Shown here one piece after another: positions 20,699-30,469 of a DNA stretch of 64,000 nt. The DNA comes from Deltaproteobacteria bacterium (GTDB taxonomy: Bacteria; Desulfobacterota; Binatia; Bin18): the NCBI GenBank assembly GCA_043772795.1, contig JAYVFX010001253.1, forward strand, positions 1,448-65,447, given 5' to 3'. The translations under genes were made by a program, and so were the position numbers. The first letter of the stretch is position 1; each line of letters opens with the position of its first letter. Below the pieces are notes generated by a model that was not told the origin of the DNA, made no database searches, and saw only the letters and a program-made list of their open reading frames with translations.

Positions 20699-23052
20699 CC
20701 ATTGCACGGCATATTTTCGATCCGGCGACCGGGCGTGCCATCTTTGTCACACCAGATGATCCATCTCTGGTGGGGATGGACGCGCCCATTGGATCGCTCG
20801 CTAATAAGGATGGTGGTGGGCGTTTGTGGTCGAAGTTCGGAGCAGCCATAACGGATTGGTCGGAGTTCGCAGCCTCATCTGGATTCCTTCCGTTGTCCGG
20901 AGGATCGCTTAACCCGGCTGCGATCTTAACAGTGCCCGGTCTCCTCACCGCACAAGGTGGATTGACGGTCTCCGGAGGCGCCGTATCTTTCCCTGCTGCC
21001 TCGATCGCGGACACAGCGCTCTCTACACAGATCCCGCGTAAGAATGCACAAGGGATCGATTGGACTGCGCCACAGCAGATGATTAGCACGTACTGGACAT
21101 GGACAACTGCTGGTGTTGCAGCTCCAACATTCACCACACGGTCCGCCGGCACGAAGATAGTGATCTATCCCTCGTTGTCGCCATCGGCATCTGATTATGG
21201 GATAGGCATGGATAGTGCCACGATGTGGTTTTCGGTTGCGGGCACTGGTCAGTTCTTTAAGTGGTATGGTGGCATTACACTCGCCGCGACATTAACAGGT
21301 GCAGGCGTTTTCACGGTAGGCACTGTGGTTGGTGCGTTGTCTGGAAATGCTACAACAGCAACGTCCGCGGCACGGCTAACAACGGCGCGTACGATTTTCG
21401 GACAGAACTTCGATGGCCAGGCGAATGTTGTTGGTGACGCTACTATCAATCGTTTGCTGGGTGGTGTGGGTGCTGAGTCAACGGGTGGAACGCTAGATTG
21501 GAACCATGTCACCAACTCCCGTTCCGGAAGCGGATATAGCCTGTTGCTTGGCACGGCCACCAATGGACCGGGTGGTGGATATTATCACCCATTCAACTTC
21601 GAGTATGTTACCAAGGATGGCAGCGGAGAACTCACACAGCTTGCCATTGCGTATGCCGCGAGCCCATCAGACGGTCTTCGGTGGCGTGGTCGCTACGGAG
21701 GCATTTGGTCTAGCTGGTACAAGGCAGTCAGCGCAGATGCATCCGGCAATGTGAGTATCAGCGGTACACTCTCCGTTATCGCTGGTGTATTAGTTAACGC
21801 GAACGAGATCCGGTGGACGAACAATCAGTGGATGTGGGCCACGGCTGGGCATCAGTCCTCACCAAACAGTATCAAGCTGTATGATCACTATTTAGCGCTT
21901 GGCGATCCACAGACCGCTGGCTCTCCCCCGGATACTTATGGCACGCTCCTGCATATCGCCGGTCGAAGCGCGCATCTCGACAGTCAATTGTTTTTCGATA
22001 GTGTGGGCAAGCTCTATTATCGGAATGCATGGTATGGGTCGGACGTGTGGAGCGCATGGCGGGACATCATCTCCGGGCTGGGCGGCACGATTGTCGGAAC
22101 GAACAAGCTCCTGTTCGGTACCGGCACCGCGAACGCGCTGGAGATCGGCGGTACGACCCATGTTACGAACTCCAGTATCTTTTCCAGTCCGAACCTCCAT
22201 ATTGATTCGACGAATGCCAATCACCTTTACCTGAATTATTACGCAACGGGTGGTGCAAATGTCATTGTCGGAGTGCCCGGCACATCCTCCTATAAGCTGA
22301 ATGTCGGCGGAGATCTGTTCGTAACTGGGTATGTCCGGCTCAGCACAGACGCGCTTGGATTGTACTCGCAGTTCTGGGGCATACATTTCCGGCCAATGAG
22401 TGCGCAGCAGTGGCAGATTATGTCTAACGCTGCATCAACCGTACAGTTGGCATTTGCCTTTAATACTGGTTCACACCAAGGATCAGTCTACGCGGATAGC
22501 GCTGGTTTCGGTCTGCTCGACTCTACTGGTACATATCGCGTTCGTGTCACAACGGCTGGTGGGTTCCTTCAAGAATCGTGGACAGTCTCGAAGAATCTGT
22601 TCATCAACACGGACGATCTCGGATATGGGCTCGTTGGCATCTACGCCGCAACAAAATATCGGTCTGTGTACGCTATGGGTGCAAGCTACCAAATGGCAAC
22701 TGACGGTTCGACCCTTGGCACGCTGTATGGAATGTTTTACGGATACGACGACGCAGGGGTTGGCTTCAAGAATATCACTGGTAAGACACTTCAGCACGGA
22801 TTGGGCATTGCATCCAACGGCGTGGCGCTATCATTCATAGGTAACGGCATTTGGACTAGCGGGAACATGTTTGGGGCATCTCTGCTTACGACTGCGCAGA
22901 TTACCTCCGGATCGTATGTCCAATCCACCACTTATATGAAGTCTGGGAGTTACTTTGAAGATGGTAGTAACAATAGGATGACAGCAATCATTCTGTCTAC
23001 GGGAGTGCCAACAGGAACAGCACAGCACGGCACCATCCACTTCCAGATTTAA
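20695..23052 (+). CDS. tail fibre protein
   Basis: ATG 20695 overlapping the upstream stop; Gly/Thr/Ser-rich 785-aa protein typical of fibre shafts. Confidence 0.5.
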   Translation: MTIARHIFDPATGRAIFVTPDDPSLVGMDAPIGSLANKDGGGRLWSKFGAAITDWSEFAASSGFLPLSGGSLNPAAILTVPGLLTAQGGLTVSGGAVSFPAASIADTALSTQIPRKNAQGIDWTAPQQMISTYWTWTTAGVAAPTFTTRSAGTKIVIYPSLSPSASDYGIGMDSATMWFSVAGTGQFFKWYGGITLAATLTGAGVFTVGTVVGALSGNATTATSAARLTTARTIFGQNFDGQANVVGDATINRLLGGVGAESTGGTLDWNHVTNSRSGSGYSLLLGTATNGPGGGYYHPFNFEYVTKDGSGELTQLAIAYAASPSDGLRWRGRYGGIWSSWYKAVSADASGNVSISGTLSVIAGVLVNANEIRWTNNQWMWATAGHQSSPNSIKLYDHYLALGDPQTAGSPPDTYGTLLHIAGRSAHLDSQLFFDSVGKLYYRNAWYGSDVWSAWRDIISGLGGTIVGTNKLLFGTGTANALEIGGTTHVTNSSIFSSPNLHIDSTNANHLYLNYYATGGANVIVGVPGTSSYKLNVGGDLFVTGYVRLSTDALGLYSQFWGIHFRPMSAQQWQIMSNAASTVQLAFAFNTGSHQGSVYADSAGFGLLDSTGTYRVRVTTAGGFLQESWTVSKNLFINTDDLGYGLVGIYAATKYRSVYAMGASYQMATDGSTLGTLYGMFYGYDDAGVGFKNITGKTLQHGLGIASNGVALSFIGNGIWTSGNMFGASLLTTAQITSGSYVQSTTYMKSGSYFEDGSNNRMTAIILSTGVPTGTAQHGTIHFQI

Positions 23053-23054
23053 TT

Positions 23055-23591
23055 ATGTCACTTCAACTTCGTGCGTATGACGCACTTCCTGTTGCTGGCT
23101 CTGTTGGCTGGAAGACCAATGCTGCGCGCATTCAGATTTATAATGACGGGGATGCACAGTTCGGTGCCAACGGATGGAAGCTCGTAAAGGCGGCGTGGTG
23201 GTACGAGAAGGTGCTAATACAGGAAGATCCACCTATTTACAATGAGGGGTGGCGCTACATTTTCAACTACACAGTGCCACCGAACGCACCACTGGCCCCA
23301 TCTCTCGACAGGGTACCGCTTGATGAACTGACATACCCGAAAAATGGTCTGGCGGGATGGACGCACCAGAGCCAGCCATATAGCGTCGAGGCACAGTTTT
23401 ATCGCTCAACGAATGGCGGAGCGAGCTACTTTCTTGCAGATGCAGTGGGTGGTGTGAGTGATACGACACAGAGTATCACGTCTGGTGCCGTGTACGACGT
23501 GGGGGATTGGGGATATGCCGTGATCTATTATATGAGCATCGACGGGAGTGTCCCAGGGCCGACAGCAACGTCTAGTGTACTGGTATTCTGA
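23055..23591 (+). CDS. hypothetical protein (tail-fibre-associated)
   Basis: Position directly after the fibre gene. Confidence 0.3.
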   Translation: MSLQLRAYDALPVAGSVGWKTNAARIQIYNDGDAQFGANGWKLVKAAWWYEKVLIQEDPPIYNEGWRYIFNYTVPPNAPLAPSLDRVPLDELTYPKNGLAGWTHQSQPYSVEAQFYRSTNGGASYFLADAVGGVSDTTQSITSGAVYDVGDWGYAVIYYMSIDGSVPGPTATSSVLVF

Positions 23592-23592
23592 C

Positions 23593-23721
23593 ATGAGAAT
23601 CCTTTTCTTGCTGGCGCTGGTCGCGATGTCGTGTTCGGATGGTCCTACTGCCCCCAGTAAGCGCCGGGTACCGGACCCGGACACTTGCCAGTTGCGTGGT
23701 GAGTGTGAACAGCAAGGCTAG
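23593..23721 (+). CDS. small lipoprotein (42 aa; o-spanin-like candidate)
   Basis: Not in the ORF track (under 60 aa). MRILFLLALVAMSC has a signal peptide plus lipobox Cys14; mature part Pro-rich with 3 further Cys; ATG two nt after the upstream stop. Confidence 0.3.
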   Translation: MRILFLLALVAMSCSDGPTAPSKRRVPDPDTCQLRGECEQQG

Positions 23722-23838
23722 GCGGTCATGGCCAGTTACTCCGGTTGAACCACCTTTGCCCTAGTCAGGGTTAGGCGGGCGTGTGTACTGGCGTTATACT
23801 ATTAGGTACGAACTATCTGCCAACCGGAGAGGTGGTCT

Positions 23839-24303
23839 ATGTCTATTGTCGTGTTGGTTCCAAACGCTTATCTTGAACCACTGGCCGGTGCACTCGACGC
23901 GTGGATCAAGTGGCTCCGTCCGGGGACGCTCTCTGCTAAGATTGGCACCCTGAAAGGGGAAATCCTGCCAATGGTGCAAGGCGTGTATTATGATCGCGAA
24001 GCGCTCATTGATGAGCATGCCGAGTGGGAAGAGGGAAAGCGGAAGGTGGAGAAGACGCTTGGTGCCAAGGGCGAGCTATTGCGGGAAGAAGTCATCATGA
24101 CAGATCCTAGGAAGTTTGTGACAGAAATGCGAGCTTTTTTGAACATCGAGCAACCCGTAATGCTCCCCTATCTGATGGAAGAGAAGTGGATCGAGGAACA
24201 AGCCAAGCAGCTCGTGAAGGATCAGATGGGACTGACAGCAGTAGACTTCGGCGCGCTCCGGTACATTCGGATCGGCTATGCCAAGATCAAGAAGGATGAA
24301 TGA
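23839..24303 (+). CDS. hypothetical protein
   Basis: 154-aa acidic protein; GAGAGG before the start. Confidence 0.3.
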   Translation: MSIVVLVPNAYLEPLAGALDAWIKWLRPGTLSAKIGTLKGEILPMVQGVYYDREALIDEHAEWEEGKRKVEKTLGAKGELLREEVIMTDPRKFVTEMRAFLNIEQPVMLPYLMEEKWIEEQAKQLVKDQMGLTAVDFGALRYIRIGYAKIKKDE

Positions 24304-24988
24304 TCGTGTTGGAACTAGATCGGCCTATCATATGACGCCCGCCAAGAAGCAGTCCAGCCCGAGCAGCACGCAGGGCGGGCCGGCCGTGGACGCGCAAGGG
24401 GTACCCGCGATCGACCCGACCGAGAATGTGAAGGCGCTGACGGAGGCAGCGAATCTCCGGCAGGACGACTTGCGCGACCTGAACAACCGCCGCATCGACG
24501 CCGAGCTCGCGCACCTGCACTTCGTCTCAGACCTTCGAGCGACGCACATGAAGGAGATCCGTGAGTTGGAATCGCGGCGCCTCGACGCCATCCGTCAAGT
24601 GGACGTGACGGCGGTGAAGACGGAAGCCGATCGGGCGCTCGCCGCCATTCAAGCGCTCGCGGCGACAACGGCGACGAACGCGGAGAATCTTCGCACGGCA
24701 CTCCAGAACACGGCGCAGACAATCGCCAAGCAGACGAGCGACACGGTGCAGCAGATCACGGAGCGCATTGCCGCGCTGGAAAAGTCGAGCTACGAAGGCG
24801 CGGGGAAGCAGGCGGTGGCCGACCCGATGATGGCCGAGCTGGTGACGACGATGAAGAGCTTGCGCGAAGGGCGGGCGACGGACGCTGGCAAGAGCGAAGG
24901 GTATGGCAACGTGAAAACCGCCGTGCTGTTCGTAATCGCGATCGTGGGCTTCGTGCTTGGCGCGCTCCTCCCGGTGCTGACGAAATGA
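24296..24988 (+). CDS. membrane-anchored coiled-coil protein (C-terminal TM)
   Basis: Long helical region plus C-terminal hydrophobic helix TAVLFVIAIVGFVLGALLPVL; lies upstream of the holin. Confidence 0.35.
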   Translation: MNDRVGTRSAYHMTPAKKQSSPSSTQGGPAVDAQGVPAIDPTENVKALTEAANLRQDDLRDLNNRRIDAELAHLHFVSDLRATHMKEIRELESRRLDAIRQVDVTAVKTEADRALAAIQALAATTATNAENLRTALQNTAQTIAKQTSDTVQQITERIAALEKSSYEGAGKQAVADPMMAELVTTMKSLREGRATDAGKSEGYGNVKTAVLFVIAIVGFVLGALLPVLTK

Positions 24989-25165
24989 CGCACTTCGTGC
25001 TCCGCTCTTTTCGCCGTCACGGCGTGGTGCATCAGGTCGCCGTCGCGCTCTGCGAATACCACAAGCCGGCGCTCGTCTACAAGGCGCGCAGCCAGTCGTG
25101 CGGGCGCGCGAGGAAGTGCTGCCCATGATCCACCTGACCGCTGACACTCACGAGAGGGACGAGGC

Positions 25166-25564
25166 ATGGGCCTGAAGAGCGCGTTGGCTGATTTCCCCAC
25201 GCAGAACGGCGGGACGGTGACGGCACTCGTGCTGATCCTCCTGACGGGATTCATCGTGTGCGCAAAGCTCGCGCTCGGTCAGCCGTTCCCGGATGGCTAC
25301 GACGGCTGGCTGACCCTGCTCGGCGCGCTGGCCGGCGTGAACGTGGTCGGGATGGTTGGCAAGCGGTTCACGGACATCGGCTACAAGCAGGCGGGTACAT
25401 CGCCGGTCACCGTCGAGGCGCCGAGTAGCGTCACGGTCACCGGTGTCGGAGCCGCCCCGGTGCCAGCAGCACCTCCTTCTGCCATACCTGCGTTGCGAGC
25501 GGCGGTGGTGAAGGTTGATCCGTCGGTTCCGGTGGGCACACAGGTTGAAGGCGAGGGTGACTAA
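25166..25564 (+). CDS. holin (two transmembrane helices)
   Basis: 132 aa; two hydrophobic helices and a Pro/Ala-rich C-terminal tail; stop overlaps the endolysin start. Confidence 0.5.
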   Translation: MGLKSALADFPTQNGGTVTALVLILLTGFIVCAKLALGQPFPDGYDGWLTLLGALAGVNVVGMVGKRFTDIGYKQAGTSPVTVEAPSSVTVTGVGAAPVPAAPPSAIPALRAAVVKVDPSVPVGTQVEGEGD

Positions 25565-26313
25565 TGGCGACGCGCGGCAGTAGCGCATGGCGGAACGAGG
25601 CGTGGGGAACGCCGGTCAAGGTCGAAATGAATCGACTCGTTGTCGGCATGGCTATCTATGCTGGTGGTCCACGCTTTCAGTGCCATCCTCTGGCGCGCGA
25701 AGCCTTCACACAACTTGGAGCGGTGTTTCTGCGCCACAGCTACATCGTGCGTCGATGCGGCGGGTATAACTACCGTCAGATCACTGGAGGTACGTCACTG
25801 TCGTCACACTCGTGGGCCACCTCAGTTGACGTGAACGACGATACGAATCCCTACCGGCGCGACAAGCTCGTAACGGATATGCCGAGGGCGATGATCCTCG
25901 ATGTCTATGCGATCTGCACGGTGGCAGGTGTGCAGGTATTCCGTTGGGGCGGTGACTGGGATGGGCGTCCCGAAGTGCCGAACAGCAACTATGACACGAT
26001 GCACTTCGAGATTATCGCGACGCCAGAAGAGCTTGCAGCGGGCTTCATCTCGTCGGCACCCGACCCGACCATGCCAGTACGGTGGCCGGTAATTCGTCGT
26101 GGTGCCGTGGGACCGGCCGTGACCACGCTTCAATTCATGCTTGGTATGGAGCGGGTGTCCGGACTCGGGACGTTCGGTCCACGGACTGAACAAGCTGTGC
26201 TCCTGTATCAAAGATCACGTGGCCTCGTGGTGGACGGCATTGTTGGCGCGGGGACATGGACGGCAATTCTTACCCAACAGCCTGTCGGCGTGTCCCCAGT
26301 TAAGATTCCTTGA
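25564..26313 (+). CDS. endolysin: M15 (VanY-like) peptidase with C-terminal peptidoglycan-binding domain
   Basis: SSHSWATSVDVND (near match to SxHxxGxAxD) and DTMHFE His motifs of the M15 fold; C-terminal PG_binding_1-like repeat (GAVGPAVTTLQFMLG...VVDGIVGAGTW). Confidence 0.75.
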   Translation: MATRGSSAWRNEAWGTPVKVEMNRLVVGMAIYAGGPRFQCHPLAREAFTQLGAVFLRHSYIVRRCGGYNYRQITGGTSLSSHSWATSVDVNDDTNPYRRDKLVTDMPRAMILDVYAICTVAGVQVFRWGGDWDGRPEVPNSNYDTMHFEIIATPEELAAGFISSAPDPTMPVRWPVIRRGAVGPAVTTLQFMLGMERVSGLGTFGPRTEQAVLLYQRSRGLVVDGIVGAGTWTAILTQQPVGVSPVKIP

Positions 26314-26327
26314 CCAGAGGTTAAGTT

Positions 26328-26732
26328 ATGCCGCTCCTAGTCCCGAACAATGGCGAAGGAATTGCGATTGCTGCGTTCCTGAACAAGACTGCTCCACAGG
26401 ACCAGACCTTGATCCTGTACCAGAACAACCTGACGCCAGCGGAAACTGACGTTACGGCTGGGTACACGGACGCCACGTTCACGGGTTATGCATCCAAGGC
26501 TCTGACTGGAGTAGGATGGACTGTCGTGGAAGGTGCCCCGACCAGTGCATCGTTTGCCCAGCAGACTTTTACATCCACCGCTGACCAGACCCTCCAGAAC
26601 ATCTATGGGTACATGGTCAAGCAGGTCACGTCTGGCAAGATCATGTGGGCGGAGCGATTCTCAGCGGCTCCATATGTTATCACCAACAACGGCGATGCCA
26701 TTCTGGTAACGCCTACCATCACGTTTGACTGA
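26328..26732 (+). CDS. hypothetical protein (beta-rich)
   Basis: 134 aa, Thr/Ala-rich. Confidence 0.3.
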   Translation: MPLLVPNNGEGIAIAAFLNKTAPQDQTLILYQNNLTPAETDVTAGYTDATFTGYASKALTGVGWTVVEGAPTSASFAQQTFTSTADQTLQNIYGYMVKQVTSGKIMWAERFSAAPYVITNNGDAILVTPTITFD

Positions 26733-26743
26733 GGACGAGGATC

Positions 26744-27034
26744 ATGGCGAAAAAGGACTTCCCACGCAAGGGTGCATGGGCCAAGTTGGCGGATGGTACC
26801 ATTGGTATCATCAACTCCATTCAGGGCAACTCTGCTGAGTTTCATACAGTGGATGCCAAGGGGGAGACTGTTGCTGTGACTGGGGCGTACAAGGACGGAG
26901 AGCTGATCAGTGGTGTCCCGTTGGAGTTTTTGCAGCAGGCCCAGCTCTCCGACATCCCCAAGCCACGGCGCCCAGCCATGGAAAAGGCGGTGCTCCTCGG
27001 CTATGCCAAGGAAAAGACGCCTCCCAAGGGGTAA
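26744..27034 (+). CDS. hypothetical protein
   Basis: 96-aa ORF with AGGA before the ATG. Confidence 0.3.
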   Translation: MAKKDFPRKGAWAKLADGTIGIINSIQGNSAEFHTVDAKGETVAVTGAYKDGELISGVPLEFLQQAQLSDIPKPRRPAMEKAVLLGYAKEKTPPKG

Positions 27035-27177
27035 GATATGGTCCACCGTCAAGAACTGCTCGGTGGAGACAAAGAACCTATAACGGAGGATACAGATATG
27101 TGGTGGGCCGCTCTGGCATTCGCGTTCTGGATTGTGTCCGTCATCCTCTGGCCGTCGTAACGGTGGCGACCTACACG

Positions 27178-27501
27178 ATGGGCCAAGCGTTGGCAGCGGC
27201 ACGGGTCATTCTGGTACCGCTGCAAACGGATGCACGCCTGAGCGCGGCGGATAAAGCGCAGATCACACAGTGCATCGCCACAGTAGACGATGCGTTGGCG
27301 AATCTGCGGGCCGATAACACGCTGCCGACGAACAAGCGCACGAGCATCCCGAACGCGCTCAAGGACCGATGCACGGTGCTTGATGTTATGGACCGCACGA
27401 GGGCGTTTGCGCCGGGCGAACTCTACAACGCAATCGACCTGATGTTCGACTGTCAGGTGGCGCTTCGCGCAGGCACGCCAACGATCGACACGACGCTGTA
27501 A
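27178..27501 (+). CDS. hypothetical protein
   Basis: Internal ATG of table ORF 27100..27501; helical 107 aa. Confidence 0.25.
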   Translation: MGQALAAARVILVPLQTDARLSAADKAQITQCIATVDDALANLRADNTLPTNKRTSIPNALKDRCTVLDVMDRTRAFAPGELYNAIDLMFDCQVALRAGTPTIDTTL

Positions 27502-27507
27502 GGCCCC

Positions 27508-29715
27508 GTGGCGATCACCAGCCCGGTCCTCGCGCTCAACGAGTTCAACGTCGCCAATCTCGGGACGTATGATACCGGCGCTGTCGTCCTCACCGCTGGC
27601 CGTCGCTACTTCCTGTCGGTCCATAGCTACAAGGCGACGGCGGCGGCGACGGTCACGTCCGTCACGCACAATCCCCTCGGCACGCCGCTGGCGTTCGCGC
27701 TGGCGACAGACGGCACCACGCCAGCGGGCGTCACTTATGCCACGCTGTACCGACTAGAGACGTGGCACGTTGACGTCGGGACAACGACGGCGAGCGCGCT
27801 TATCCGTATCGTCCTCTCAGCTACTGCGTCGGCCGCCGGATGGATTCTCTGGTACATCGACGGCGAGGACAACACCGGGACCATCGTGAAGGTGGTCGTC
27901 GCGACCGGTACGGGCACGAGCAGCCTCGTGACCATGAACACGTTCGGCGCGACGGACAACCTCGCCGTCCTCTACTCGGCGGTGACCGGGAATCTCCAGA
28001 ACATCACCGTCGCCGAGAGCCGCGTCGAACTGGCCGAGTGCGACGAGACGGAGCGGCAAAACAGCGCGTTGCACTATCGCAACCCGCACAGCAGTGACAC
28101 GACGCTCACGGCCTCGTGGACGACGAGCCTCGCGTGGGCGGCTATCGGGATTGAAGTCAAGGCAGGAGTCACTAGCACACAATATCCGTATACTGGCACA
28201 GGCGGCGGTGCCTTTGCAGGAACGGCACTCTCCAGTCGTGTTCGTGCTGCTCCGATTGCAACTAACGGATTAGTATCTGGTGGCACTGCACCTGCCCCAC
28301 GTCAGAGAGTCACGGTTACTACAGGGGGTCTAGTTTCTGGTGGCGCTGCCGTCACACTTCAGACTCGGTCTTATAGCTACACCCCCACGGGAGGCCTAGC
28401 ATCCGGCGGTGCCAGCCTTACCCTCCGGCGTCGCTCCACTGTTGGAGCTGGTGGGCTCATAGCAGCCGGTGTGGCAACGCTACGCCGTACAATTGCTATC
28501 GTGGCTGCTGGTGGGCTAATCACAGCTGGTGTCGCACCTGCCTCCCACAGAACCGTAGCTCCCGCACCCACTGGCGGGATTACTGTCTCGGGTACAGCAC
28601 CAGCCCCACGTAAACGCGTAACACTGCCGACAGGCGGCGCAGTCTTTGGTGGTACGGCCCCATCTTCTAAAGTTGGGATCCAAAGCTACCAGTATGTGGG
28701 TACTGGTGGTGGGATATTCGCAGGCGCCGCACCTGTTCTGTTCACAAAGGTACAGATCGGGACAGGTGGTCTGCTCGCCAGTGGCGCCGCACCATCTCTA
28801 CGTAAGCGATCGGCCTTCCCTACTGGCGGTATCGTGGCAGCCGGCACGGCACTGGTCCCGCGCAAGCGCTCTACGATCGGCAATGGTGGTGGGGTCTTTG
28901 GCGGCACCGCCCCATCGTCCAAGACCGGTGGTGCAGTATCCTATCCGTATACTGGCACGGGCGGGGCGACGTTTGCCGGTACGGCACCTACAGCGTATCG
29001 TCGAGCTAGGGTCGGATCCGGTGGACTAACATCTGCCGGAGCCGCCCCTAGCTCGAGGGCGCGCAGGATGGTGCCAACGGGCGGCGTCGTCATTTCCGGA
29101 ACCGCTACTCCGGTACGCAGCCGGGCAACTATAGGATCTGGTGGCTTAGTTGCAGGTGGTGCGGTGCGTCCGGGATGGCGACGAGTAGTGGCGGTTTCTG
29201 GTGGGGCTACGTTTGGCGGGACCGCCCCAAGCAATCTTGTCATTATTCCACTTATACCCCCAGCCACATATATCTCGGTGGCTACATCGGCCACAGAAGT
29301 GTCTCTGGCTGGCAGTAGGTCTAAACTGGAGCCTGTTCCCTCAATTAGCGACCTCGTCCTTTCACCTTCGGAGTCGACACTTAAGATGAGCACACATTCG
29401 ATGGTCGCGGGGGACACAATTCCCCCAATTATTGCAACCCTATCCTGGCCCGCATCTATATCTGCCGTGCATCCGGACCTGACGGATGCCGCTTCGGTCA
29501 CGTTCCGGATGGAGAAGATATCGGACAATTCTGTTATCCTCAACCTATCCCCGGCAGAGTTTCTGGATCGGGTTGCCAGAATCGTGAGATACCCGTGGCT
29601 TGCTGCATTGGTAGCAGGGCAGTATCGTGGTAAGTTTCGTGTCGTGTTCAATAACGGGGATGTTCTCTCCGTTCCTACGCGTAATTATTTGACCATCAAC
29701 GTGGAGTTACCATGA
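27508..29715 (+). CDS. tandem-repeat protein (~20 copies of a ~20-aa P-TGG-x-x-x-G-x-A-P-x-x-R-x-R unit) with distinct N- and C-terminal domains
   Basis: GTG start; residues ~230-590 are periodic Gly-rich repeats (TGGLVSGGAAVTLQTR..., TGGIVAAGTALVPRKR...). Confidence 0.45.
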   Translation: MAITSPVLALNEFNVANLGTYDTGAVVLTAGRRYFLSVHSYKATAAATVTSVTHNPLGTPLAFALATDGTTPAGVTYATLYRLETWHVDVGTTTASALIRIVLSATASAAGWILWYIDGEDNTGTIVKVVVATGTGTSSLVTMNTFGATDNLAVLYSAVTGNLQNITVAESRVELAECDETERQNSALHYRNPHSSDTTLTASWTTSLAWAAIGIEVKAGVTSTQYPYTGTGGGAFAGTALSSRVRAAPIATNGLVSGGTAPAPRQRVTVTTGGLVSGGAAVTLQTRSYSYTPTGGLASGGASLTLRRRSTVGAGGLIAAGVATLRRTIAIVAAGGLITAGVAPASHRTVAPAPTGGITVSGTAPAPRKRVTLPTGGAVFGGTAPSSKVGIQSYQYVGTGGGIFAGAAPVLFTKVQIGTGGLLASGAAPSLRKRSAFPTGGIVAAGTALVPRKRSTIGNGGGVFGGTAPSSKTGGAVSYPYTGTGGATFAGTAPTAYRRARVGSGGLTSAGAAPSSRARRMVPTGGVVISGTATPVRSRATIGSGGLVAGGAVRPGWRRVVAVSGGATFGGTAPSNLVIIPLIPPATYISVATSATEVSLAGSRSKLEPVPSISDLVLSPSESTLKMSTHSMVAGDTIPPIIATLSWPASISAVHPDLTDAASVTFRMEKISDNSVILNLSPAEFLDRVARIVRYPWLAALVAGQYRGKFRVVFNNGDVLSVPTRNYLTINVELP

Positions 29716-30323
29716 AAAGGATTTATTGGATAGGCGTGGCGGTACTCCTGCTGGTGGGAGCCGTATGGTTGTGGTCTCGTCACAAAGGTAATGAGCCCAA
29801 GATCCCGATTGAGACTCAGAGGACTCTTGACTCTTTGAAAGAGACCTCATGGGAATTCAAGCATCAGAAGGATTCCATTATCCGAGTGGTGGTATATGAT
29901 ACAGTGCAGGCGATCCGCGCAGAAACAGCCGCCCGTCAAGCGAGAGCCCGTGCCCAAACGGAACAGCACCGCGCCGATTCGTTGGCCATGGTCGCCCGCA
30001 CGTCAACCGACTCCGCCTCAACGTGGCGACAGGCGTACGAAGCCCGCACTGCCGAGGCAGTCGAGCTGCGTACGACAGTCGCGGCGAAAGATTCTGCTTA
30101 TCGTTTTGAGCGGGATGCTCGACAGGCCTTATCAGTTCTCTACGGAGCCGATACTACCCGGCGTATAGCAATTGAACGGGTAAACGCGGATCTGGTCAAG
30201 GCAATTGCGCGTTTGGAGCAGCCGTGCCGGGTTATTGGGCCAATTCCCTGTCCCAGCCGTACTGCCTCTGCCATACTTGCCGGAACTCTAGGCGCAATCG
30301 CAGGAAATCAGGTAAAACGGTAA
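29712..30323 (+). CDS. type-II membrane protein with coiled-coil ectodomain (i-spanin-like candidate)
   Basis: N-terminal TM (IYWIGVAVLLLVGAVWLW) followed by Ala/Arg/Glu-rich helical region; ATGA overlap with the upstream gene. Confidence 0.35.
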   Translation: MKRIYWIGVAVLLLVGAVWLWSRHKGNEPKIPIETQRTLDSLKETSWEFKHQKDSIIRVVVYDTVQAIRAETAARQARARAQTEQHRADSLAMVARTSTDSASTWRQAYEARTAEAVELRTTVAAKDSAYRFERDARQALSVLYGADTTRRIAIERVNADLVKAIARLEQPCRVIGPIPCPSRTASAILAGTLGAIAGNQVKR

Positions 30324-30469
30324 AAAACGCACCCCGCCGTGGTACCCTGCACGTATTAAAAAGTATGGGGGTATACCAAGACCTGCGTAATGGGGTGCGG
30401 TGGGTTGTAGGGGAAGCCGGGTGGGTTGGCGGCAATTGTGGGTGTTAAATTACAAACGGGGAGGGCGTT

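Noticed and set aside
24315-25588. Several minus-strand ORFs across the lysis region (24315..24722, 24328..24591, 24527..25147, 24790..25254, 25148..25588)
   Set aside because: Arg-rich antisense frames of GC-rich plus-strand genes. The plus-strand genes carry recognisable holin and endolysin features.
27508-29715. The periodic repeats as a CRISPR array or a DNA-level tandem repeat
   Set aside because: The repeats are degenerate at the nucleotide level, in-frame, and encode a coherent repeat protein. There are no unique spacers or flanking cas genes.
29896-30168. Embedded +1-frame ORF inside the i-spanin-like gene, as a possible embedded o-spanin
   Set aside because: No signal peptide or lipobox Cys near the N-terminus, and the composition looks like an out-of-frame artefact.
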